From an uncultured Methanosarcinales archaeon (lineage in GTDB: Archaea > Nanobdellota > Nanobdellia > Woesearchaeales > GW2011-AR9), in NCBI GenBank assembly GCA_964598745.1, contig CAZRCV010000001.1, forward strand, positions 1 through 63,052: DNA of 63,052 nt, written 5' to 3'. Below the pieces are notes generated by a model that was not told the origin of the DNA, did not search any database, and saw only the letters and a list, made by a program, of their open reading frames with translations. Positions 46,679 to 53,645 of this stretch are shown here, in pieces. Each line of letters starts with the position of its first letter. Positions within the stretch are counted from its first letter, which is position 1. The position numbers and the translations under genes were made by a program.

Positions 46679-47329
46679 TTATTTGACACTTTCTGTAGCT
46701 CTTTTGATTTCTTCTTTAGATTGCCCTTCCTTCTTTCCTAATTCTATTAATCGTTCGACCTCGTCCGTTTCTTTGCTTACTTCTTCGGCTTCCTTTAAAA
46801 TCTCAGAGGGGACTTCCTTTAAGAAGGCTTGCTTAGCTTGTTCGCTGGGAAGATCAAAATATTCAAAGAATTTTTTGGTTAGCCTGACTCTAAAGGTTCT
46901 TCCATGCCTTTCTTTAGCAATAAAGCCCTGCTCTTCCAGCTGCCTCATATGGCCATAAGCCGCCGGGGTTCTAAGCTTGATTACTTCTGACTGAACAATC
47001 GGGTATTTCCAAGCAATAACCGCTAGCGTTTCCATCAAAGGTTTTTCTAGTTCGGTGGATGTTACAATCGAACTTACCAAGGGAAGATAGTCATCCTTTA
47101 TGGACAATTTCCAACCATTATCTTTAGCAATCAAGTAAAAAGAAAGATTTAACTCCTGATAGCGTTGCTGCAAAATATCCAAAGCAACCTTAACCTCTGG
47201 TTCTGTTAAGGAACACAAACAAGCCAGGCGCTCAATAGTAACTTCCTTGCCAATGGCAAATAAGACTGCTTCAACCTTTTGTATATTACCATTTAAGGTT
47301 TCACTGGGTGTGTTTGATTCCACTGCCAT
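46679..47329 (-). CDS. scpB: Segregation and condensation protein B
   Basis: VEAVLFAIGKEVTIERLA.. N-terminus, LMETLAVIAWKYPIVQSEVIKLR and GHMRQLEEQGFI winged-helix repeats. Confidence 0.8.
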   Translation of the reverse strand: MAVESNTPSETLNGNIQKVEAVLFAIGKEVTIERLACLCSLTEPEVKVALDILQQRYQELNLSFYLIAKDNGWKLSIKDDYLPLVSSIVTSTELEKPLMETLAVIAWKYPIVQSEVIKLRTPAAYGHMRQLEEQGFIAKERHGRTFRVRLTKKFFEYFDLPSEQAKQAFLKEVPSEILKEAEEVSKETDEVERLIELGKKEGQSKEEIKRATESVK

Positions 47330-47330
47330 T

Positions 47331-47915
47331 TTATATGCTAACCTCCTTTTTTAAGATATAAATGCCTTCTTTAAGGTCAATTTTGCCTTCATCTATCAGC
47401 TGATCTAAAAAATCTTCTAATTTGTCTTTGTTAACACCAGTCAAAAGGCTTATCTGCTCCGAAGTTAAGTTCTGGCGGCTGAGGATTAAAGTAACATAGT
47501 TTTTCAACAAAGAACCCAAACTGCGTGTTAAGAATTGATTTTCAGCTTGAAATTGTTTAGCTACCATGTCTACCTGATGTAGTTTTGCTTGTAAATCGCT
47601 TAAAAACTCAGAAGCATTGCTATCATTGAACTTAACTTCAGTAGGAGAAATTATTTCAATCATGGAGGGCATATAGTTAAAACAAAAATCTATCAGATGC
47701 TTTAGAGAAGGCGTTTTCATTTCCAATTCAGCAAAAGTAGCCCACATCTCACTATTCGGCTGTTGTTCTGCCGGCATAAGCTGCTGCGTCGTTATCAAAA
47801 AATGCTTATCCTGTTCTAAATCCTTAATGTAACCTTTTAATGCTTCCTCTACATACAGCCTAGGTTTGCCCAAAACCTCAATAATACTGCGGAAAGCTAT
47901 TTCCTGCTCCATCAA
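47331..47915 (-). CDS. Hypothetical protein with a C-terminal winged-helix-like domain, coupled to scpB
   Basis: The stop is 1 nt before the scpB ATG. The C-terminus LTSEQISLLTGVNKDKLEDFLDQLIDEGKIDLKEGIYILK looks like a wHTH. Canonical ScpA N-terminal motifs were not recognised. Confidence 0.45.
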   Translation of the reverse strand: MMEQEIAFRSIIEVLGKPRLYVEEALKGYIKDLEQDKHFLITTQQLMPAEQQPNSEMWATFAELEMKTPSLKHLIDFCFNYMPSMIEIISPTEVKFNDSNASEFLSDLQAKLHQVDMVAKQFQAENQFLTRSLGSLLKNYVTLILSRQNLTSEQISLLTGVNKDKLEDFLDQLIDEGKIDLKEGIYILKKEVSI

Positions 47916-48143
47916 ATTAAGTCTAGTAGTGCTGGTTTTTAAGCCTATCGATCATCTTTCTTTAAAATTAATACCCTTGCTGTTAAGCTTACAGGAGCCA
48001 CTACAATGTAAGAAATCAGTTTTTTGATTTTTTCATCCCTGGAATATAGGTTGTTAAAATAAATTACTGCACGTTAAACTATTACTTTACTATTTTATAA
48101 TAATAAATAAAGTTTTTAAACCGTGTTACCCTTGATAAAAAAT

Positions 48144-48620
48144 ATGGGCTGGTTATTCAAAAAGAAAAAAGTAATTCCGAAGGTACCATTTCCTGAAACT
48201 ATTCCTAGCAGTTATGGAACTCTAAGGTTTCCAGAAAAGTTAAAGGAGCGGATAATTGAACCTGAAGACATTCAAAGTGCTGCCGGGCTAACGGAAGAAT
48301 CGTCTGAGCCTGCAGGCCAGGACTTAGATCTAGACGAAAATAACCGTAATATCGGCGCGCAAGAAGAACTGCCACCCTTGCCAGAAGCGCCAGCTGTTAT
48401 TACACGAAGCGAACCATTGTATGTTAAAAAAGATGTTTATCAAAGGATATTAGGAGAAATTGGAAACTTGAAGGACGATTTATTGGGGTTAAGTGAAACT
48501 AACGGAGTTCTAGAAAATTCAGAGTATAATGAAGAAAGTAACTTTGAAAAGTTGCGTAAAGCGATGAAAAATATCCATGATCGTTTACTGCAAGTGGACA
48601 AAGTATTATTCAAATCGTAA
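48144..48620 (+). CDS. Coiled-coil protein, paralogue 1 (N-terminal amphipathic basic segment, acidic/Pro linker)
   Basis: The ATG at 48144 (MGWLFKKKKV) is preferred over the GTG at 48123. The C-terminal module PLYVKKDVYQRILGEIGNLKDDL..LRKAMKNIHDRLLQVDKVL is shared with the next ORF. Confidence 0.45.
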   Translation: MGWLFKKKKVIPKVPFPETIPSSYGTLRFPEKLKERIIEPEDIQSAAGLTEESSEPAGQDLDLDENNRNIGAQEELPPLPEAPAVITRSEPLYVKKDVYQRILGEIGNLKDDLLGLSETNGVLENSEYNEESNFEKLRKAMKNIHDRLLQVDKVLFKS

Positions 48621-48631
48621 GGTGATTTCAT

Positions 48632-48859
48632 ATGGAAAGGATGCCGGTTTTTATAAAGGTGGATGATTATGAGGCTGTTCTTAGCTTGGTCAAAATGGTA
48701 CGCAAAAAATTAGATGAGGCTAAAGAAACTATCCTAAAAGTCAATGATCTAAAAAATGAAGAAGATCACCAATTAGAAACTTGGCAGAATTCCTTAGCTG
48801 AAATTGAGAAGAAAGTTGATTTCATAGATCATTCCCTTAGTGAGCCTGAAGAATTTTGA
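48632..48859 (+). CDS. Coiled-coil protein, paralogue 2 (75 aa, module only)
   Basis: AGGTGAT SD 5 nt upstream. PVFIKVDDYEAVLSLVKMVRKKL..WQNSLAEIEKKVDFIDHSL aligns with the C-terminus of ORF 48144..48620. Confidence 0.5.
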   Translation: MERMPVFIKVDDYEAVLSLVKMVRKKLDEAKETILKVNDLKNEEDHQLETWQNSLAEIEKKVDFIDHSLSEPEEF

Positions 48860-49362
48860 AAAGGAGTTCGAAATTGAGCCATAAAAAAACTAAGCATAAG
48901 CCTAGCAGCAGGAAGAGTGCTCCCAAAAATCTCCTTTCTGAACGAGCACCAGAGTATATGATTCAAATTAATGACCCTAAGATGCTGCGAAAAGACATCC
49001 TGGAATCGCTTCGCGAGGTTATTATTTTTATGCAAAGTTATGAAAAGTTCAGAAAAATACAAGAAGAGAAAATATCTTTGTTCTCTTCTTTGAAAACTAG
49101 TGTAAAGGAATTGAATTCTTTAATAGATAATAAGCTGCGAAGTTATCTTCCTAAAGGAAAGTTAAGGCCAGTAATGGACAACAGGCCAGAAGCAGAATCC
49201 AGTACTGAAATAGCCAAAGAGCAGGAAATCCCTCCAGCTAAGAAGGTAATTAAGCCAGAACCAAAGAAAGAGCCAGAAGAAGAGTACAAACCAAGAGATA
49301 CCTTAGAAGAATTAGAAACACAGCTCAGTGATATAGAAGCACAGTTGAAACGAATGGATTAA
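48856..49362 (+). CDS. Coiled-coil protein, paralogue 3 (basic N-terminus, Pro/Lys/Glu-rich tail)
   Basis: The TTG start overlaps the upstream stop (TTGA). An alternative TTG at 48874 is preceded by AAGGAG. The central helical module is a looser match to the two upstream ORFs. Confidence 0.45.
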   Translation: MKRSSKLSHKKTKHKPSSRKSAPKNLLSERAPEYMIQINDPKMLRKDILESLREVIIFMQSYEKFRKIQEEKISLFSSLKTSVKELNSLIDNKLRSYLPKGKLRPVMDNRPEAESSTEIAKEQEIPPAKKVIKPEPKKEPEEEYKPRDTLEELETQLSDIEAQLKRMD

Positions 49363-49376
49363 TAAATTTTAGTTAG

Positions 49377-49386
49377 TTTTATAAAA
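49377..49386 (+). promoter_or_regulatory. TATA-box-like element upstream of tRNA-Leu
   Basis: TTTTATAAAA centred about 28 nt upstream of tRNA position 1 (49410). Confidence 0.55.
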
Positions 49387-49409
49387 TAGCTTTTTTTAAA
49401 CTGTCTAAA

Positions 49410-49565
49410 GCGGACGTGCCGGAGTGGTCAAACGGGATAGCTTGTTTGGCAATAATGCTAAACGAATCCAAACTCAAGTCCTAGAAGTGAGACTAACGAT
49501 CCTAACGTGCAAAGGAGTCATCTATTGGCTTAGTGCCTACGCAGGTTCGAACCCTGCCGTCCGCA
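49410..49565 (+). tRNA. tRNA-Leu(CAA), class II, with two predicted introns (about 30/31 and 37/38)
   Basis: Hand-folded. Acceptor GCGGACG/CGTCCGC plus A73. D-arm CCG-GAGTGGTCAAA-CGG with G13.A22. Long variable arm TGGCTTAGTGCCTAC. T-arm GCAGG-TTCGAAC-CCTGC. The only CU-NNN-R loop is CTCAAG (49473-49478). Model: stem ATAG[49441-49471]A / TCTAT, with a second intron at 49479-49519. Mature length 84 nt. Boundaries are uncertain. Confidence 0.6.
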
Positions 49566-49598
49566 TACCTTTTTAAATTAATAAACTTTCTTTCTATT

Positions 49599-50933
49599 AT
49601 GTCATTAGATGTCTGCGCCATTGGCGGCTTTTCTAAAACTGAAGGCAACTCTGTAGCGATTAAGGTTGATAATGAAGTAGTAATTCTAGACATGGGATTG
49701 AGTATGGCTGATTATGTTAAATTTCAAGAAGATTTTGAAGACATTAGCAATAGAAATTATAAAACACTGTTGAAAGTTAAGGCTGTGCCCGATTACAGTT
49801 TTATTGATGACTGGAAAGATTTGGTTATAGCCATTATTCCAAGCCACGGGCACTTAGATCACGTTGGAGCGATCCCTTTTGCTGCGCCGTTGTTTCCGAG
49901 GGTACCCATAATTTCTACGCCCTATTCCATTGAAGTGCTTAAAACTATTCTACAAGACGAACAAATTCAATTGCCTAACAAACTAATCACTGTGAACTTA
50001 AACGATAGTTATCAAATTTCTAGTAAAATTACTATCGAAATGGTTAACGTTACTCATTCCATTCCCCATACAGCAATCGTAATAATACATACCCCTTATG
50101 GAAAAATCATGTATGCCAATGATTTTAAGTTGGATGATACTCCCGTCTTGGGTAAAAAACCAAACTATAGCCGCATTAAGGAGCTGGGAGAAGAAGGGAT
50201 AAAATTATTGATTATGAATTGCCTGTATGCCCATGAAAAAAAGAAATGCCCTTCTGAATCCGTAGCCCGGCAGATGTTAAAGGAAGTTATGCTCAGCACA
50301 GAGTCGGATGGAAAAGCCATTGTTGTAACTACTTTTTCTTCACATATCGCTAGGCTAAAAAGTATTATTGAAATGGGCAAGAAACTTAACCGCGCTGTTG
50401 TCTTCTTGGGAAGATCGCTAGATAAATACGTTACTGCTGCTGAAAGATTAGGTTTAGTGCAGTTTAGCCAAGAAGTGGAAATAGAAAAATATAACGACAA
50501 AATAGTTAAAAAACTTAAACAAATCCAAAAGAATGGCCGAGAAAAATATGTCATTGTCTGCACTGGGCACCAAGGCGAGCCGCGAGCAATTTTATCGCGA
50601 ATAGCTAGAAAAGAATTGCCCTTTATTTTTCAGGACAACGATTTAGTTATTTTTAGTTGCACCGTGATACCCGTTGAGGCCAATCTTAAAAATAGAGAGC
50701 AACTGGAACGGTCATTAAGTAAATATAATGTAAGATTGTTCAAAGATGTACACGTTTCTGGCCATGGCGCATTAGAAGACCATCACGAGTTAATTGCCAT
50801 GGTCAAGCCGCAGCACATTATGCCCGTACACGCCGAACCAGCTAAAGCCAAAATGGTTCAAGAGTTAGCTACAAAAATGGGTTATCAAAATACGCACATT
50901 ATGGAAGACGGGAAAAGAATTTCTTTAGACTAA
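49599..50933 (+). CDS. rnj: Archaeal RNase J (beta-CASP metallo-beta-lactamase ribonuclease)
   Basis: HGHLDHVGAIP (HxHxDH), beta-CASP layout, C-terminal VHVSGHG and PVHAEP motifs. The ATG at 49599 was chosen because the track start at 49533 overlaps tRNA-Leu. Confidence 0.8.
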   Translation: MSLDVCAIGGFSKTEGNSVAIKVDNEVVILDMGLSMADYVKFQEDFEDISNRNYKTLLKVKAVPDYSFIDDWKDLVIAIIPSHGHLDHVGAIPFAAPLFPRVPIISTPYSIEVLKTILQDEQIQLPNKLITVNLNDSYQISSKITIEMVNVTHSIPHTAIVIIHTPYGKIMYANDFKLDDTPVLGKKPNYSRIKELGEEGIKLLIMNCLYAHEKKKCPSESVARQMLKEVMLSTESDGKAIVVTTFSSHIARLKSIIEMGKKLNRAVVFLGRSLDKYVTAAERLGLVQFSQEVEIEKYNDKIVKKLKQIQKNGREKYVIVCTGHQGEPRAILSRIARKELPFIFQDNDLVIFSCTVIPVEANLKNREQLERSLSKYNVRLFKDVHVSGHGALEDHHELIAMVKPQHIMPVHAEPAKAKMVQELATKMGYQNTHIMEDGKRISLD

Positions 50934-51078
50934 AAATAAAGAACTTTGAAAAACGGTTCCATTAAGAAAATTCCATTTCTAAAACATTAGAACAGAGAAT
51001 GATTATAAAATAGTTGTTTTAAGATAACAAACTTTATAAAGAATTTCCTCAGCAGAAGACAAAGAAGGGGTTAAAATT

Positions 51079-51825
51079 ATGAAGCTAGTGTTAACAGAGC
51101 CAAAATACTTCAAAGAAAGTATCTCTATTATTTCAGAGCTAGTTTCAGAAGCCAAATTTAAGATAAACAAGGATGGCTTAGAGCTGATTGCTATGGATCC
51201 TGCTAATGTGGCCTTGGTTGTCTTCAAGCTTTTAAGCAGTTCTTTTACGGAATATGGAGTTAAAGAACCGGAAGAGGTAGCGATCAACCTTAACAGCCTG
51301 AAACAAATTCTGCGAAGAGCTAAGGGAGATGATATCCTTAAGATTGAAACAACAGAAGACAGCAAGTTAAAGATTGAAATGAAAGGCTCGACTGTTAGAT
51401 CTTTCTCCCTTCCTACCTTAGAAACAGACAGCCACGAACAAAAAGTTCCGGACTTAAATTTTCCCATAACTATTCAAACAGAAGCAGAGATTTTAACAGA
51501 ATCAATCGAAGATGTTAGTGTAGTGGCTGAATCTGTTACCTTTTTGGCAGAGAAAACAAAGTTATTCATAAAGGCAGAAGGTGATTTATCTAAGGCCTTT
51601 ATTGAAATTAAAGCAGATGACTTGACTAGTATAAATACAGATTCTAGCGACAAATTTAAAGGAAAATATTCCTTAGAATATCTCAAAAAAATGATAGCTG
51701 GAGGCAAATTAAGCGATAAGGTAAGTTTATGTTTTAATACAGATTATCCCTTAAAATTAGAATATAAAGTCACTGATCGGTTTTTACTTAGTTTTATTTT
51801 AGCACCAAGGGTAGATAATGACTAA
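51079..51825 (+). CDS. pcn: DNA polymerase sliding clamp (PCNA)
   Basis: 248-aa two-domain protein (..GLELIAMDPANVALVVFKL.., ..KYSLEYLKKM..). GGGGT SD-like motif upstream. Confidence 0.9.
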   Translation: MKLVLTEPKYFKESISIISELVSEAKFKINKDGLELIAMDPANVALVVFKLLSSSFTEYGVKEPEEVAINLNSLKQILRRAKGDDILKIETTEDSKLKIEMKGSTVRSFSLPTLETDSHEQKVPDLNFPITIQTEAEILTESIEDVSVVAESVTFLAEKTKLFIKAEGDLSKAFIEIKADDLTSINTDSSDKFKGKYSLEYLKKMIAGGKLSDKVSLCFNTDYPLKLEYKVTDRFLLSFILAPRVDND

Positions 51826-51916
51826 ATAACTAGATCCTATCTCCTCCAAGAAATCACAATTATTATATATTAGGTGTTTCTCCCCGTAATAATTAAAAAG
51901 AGTTGGAGGGGTATGT

Positions 51917-52678
51917 ATGGAAGAACAAAAAACCGAGAGCAAAGCTGAGCCGGCTAACACCACCCAGCTTAATCAGGCAGCTCAAAAACAAAAGCCAGAT
52001 TTCTTTTGGAAAATAACTACGGTAGTATTGATTGTGATATTAGCTTTCTTCGCTTTTAGAGGACCAAATCTTACTGGTAGCCTTACAGGAAACGCGGTTA
52101 AAGATACTGCAGATAACAACAATGTTCTTGGAGCTGCTGCACCCGCACGTGTTGACTTTCAAAAAGTGATTTACACTAATGACCATATACTGGGAAATGA
52201 AAATGCACCAGTAACAATCATTGAATGGAGTGATTTTGAATGTCCGTTCTGCGCTAGGTTTCATTTAGAAACGTCTGGAGCATTGAAAGACCAATATGTC
52301 AAGTCAGGAAAAGTTAAATTCATCTACAAAAACTTTCCTTTAAATTTCCACCAAAATGCTCAGAAAGCTGCAGAGGCTGCTGAATGTGCCTCTGATCAAG
52401 AAAAGTTCTGGGAAATGCATGATCTGTTGTTTGAACAAGGAGTTCAAGGTGGAGTTGTGACCTTCAAGCAGTATGCTAAACAACTTGGATTGGACACTGC
52501 TAAGTTCGACAAGTGTTTAGATTCGGGAGACAAAATTGCTAAAATTCAGAAGGACATGGCTGATGGAGGGAAATCTGGAATTCAAGGAACACCAGGATTT
52601 TTAGTTAACGGCTTAATGGTCAGCGGAGCACAGCCGTTGGTTGTATTCCAACAAGCCATAGAAGCTGAACTAAATTAA
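51917..52678 (+). CDS. Membrane-anchored DsbA-like thiol:disulfide oxidoreductase
   Basis: GGAGGGGT SD upstream. One TM helix. WSDFECPFCARF CxxC motif and GTPGFLVNG cis-Pro region typical of the DsbA/Thioredoxin_4 family. Confidence 0.75.
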   Translation: MEEQKTESKAEPANTTQLNQAAQKQKPDFFWKITTVVLIVILAFFAFRGPNLTGSLTGNAVKDTADNNNVLGAAAPARVDFQKVIYTNDHILGNENAPVTIIEWSDFECPFCARFHLETSGALKDQYVKSGKVKFIYKNFPLNFHQNAQKAAEAAECASDQEKFWEMHDLLFEQGVQGGVVTFKQYAKQLGLDTAKFDKCLDSGDKIAKIQKDMADGGKSGIQGTPGFLVNGLMVSGAQPLVVFQQAIEAELN

Positions 52679-52761
52679 AATTATTTTCCTTTCTTATCTT
52701 TTTAATTTTTTTTATGTAGTGTTAGTTATTAATGCGGAAACAGTTCTGACACAAAAAAAGT

Positions 52762-53127
52762 TTAATCTAATGGACAGTTTGTTTTAGCGCTTAGGGCTTC
52801 TAAAGAAAGTTGCCCAGCAACTCTATCTCCTGGTGCAAATTCCCATGTAGGATATGATTCAATTCCAGCCTGCTTGCACACTTCAGTTTGGCTTTTACCA
52901 TCCGGCAAAGAACATTCTACATAACTTATTTTATCCCAGGCATCACCAAATAACTTTTTCTGTTGTTGACAATGAGAACACCAAAAGGCTCCGAACATTA
53001 CTACTCCTTTTTCTGAAAGACAAGATGCCAGATTCTCCTTAGCCTGCTTAGAAATATTATCAGAACAACCAGTAATTGAAACTAAGAAAATAGTTATTAA
53101 AACGAAGCCTATTGATTTCCTAATCAC
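52762..53127 (-). CDS. Thioredoxin-like lipoprotein (resembles VKOR-associated Trx-like domains)
   Basis: Signal peptide with ITGCS. FGAFWCSHCQQQKKLFG CxxC motif and YPTWEF cis-Pro loop. Confidence 0.6.
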   Translation of the reverse strand: MIRKSIGFVLITIFLVSITGCSDNISKQAKENLASCLSEKGVVMFGAFWCSHCQQQKKLFGDAWDKISYVECSLPDGKSQTEVCKQAGIESYPTWEFAPGDRVAGQLSLEALSAKTNCPLD

Positions 53128-53197
53128 AGTATACTGCTTAACTGAAAACAGATATTTAAAGCTTTCTTCAAAGTTATATAAAAAAATTAGTTTTTAA

Positions 53198-53611
53198 CTA
53201 AATCTTCAAAATTAACTGTTTTAATTTAGAACTTTTTTGTCTGTTTTGACAATAGGAAGGTATGCGTTTAATCTCTGGAGCTAAGCCCAAAGACATTAAT
53301 TTCTGGCGAAGTTCCAATTCTGATACTGGGTGGTCATAACCTAAACAAATAACGTCTGGTTTTCTTTGTAAAATAATTTTGAAGTGATCTGTCTGGTCAC
53401 CAAGAACTGCTTCGTCAACTGCCTTAAGGCTTTGAATAAGTTTTAGCCGCTCTCGTTCTTGAAAAATAATCGGTTTTTTTTGTTTTTGTTTAGTTTTGTC
53501 CCTGGCAATTACCACAATAAGATAATCTCCTTGTTTCCTAGCTTGTTCCAAATAATAAAGATGGCCTAAGTGAAGAAGATCAAACGTTCCAAAGCACATC
53601 ACTGTTTTCAT
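53198..53611 (-). CDS. ribL: Cytidylyltransferase-family nucleotidyltransferase, probably FAD synthase RibL
   Basis: CFGTFDLLHLGHLYYLEQA.. (HxGH), VVIARD, and overall collinearity with archaeal RibL (~140 aa). Confidence 0.65.
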   Translation of the reverse strand: MKTVMCFGTFDLLHLGHLYYLEQARKQGDYLIVVIARDKTKQKQKKPIIFQERERLKLIQSLKAVDEAVLGDQTDHFKIILQRKPDVICLGYDHPVSELELRQKLMSLGLAPEIKRIPSYCQNRQKSSKLKQLILKI

Positions 53612-53645
53612 GGTTTATTATAGCAAGACTTCGCGAGGTTGTAGT

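Noticed and set aside
49410-49565. Alternative reading of the class II tRNA as tRNA-Asp(GUC) with one 74-nt intron at 33/34, or as tRNA-Ser(GCU) using AUGCUAA at 49455-49461.
   Set aside because: Both are inconsistent with the evidence. The Asp reading clashes with the class II D-arm, the long variable arm and A73, and it drops nucleotide 26. The Ser reading lacks flanking complementary stem sequences, has A32, and has the wrong discriminator.
49502-49693. Minus-strand 63-aa ORF, plus the first 22 codons of track ORF 49533..50933.
   Set aside because: Both overlap the 3' half of tRNA-Leu (49410..49565). RNase J alignment logic and an ATG at 49599 explain the real gene.
51003-51467. Minus-strand 154-aa ORF.
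   Set aside because: Antisense to the confidently identified PCNA gene, with a Ser/Leu-rich shadow translation.
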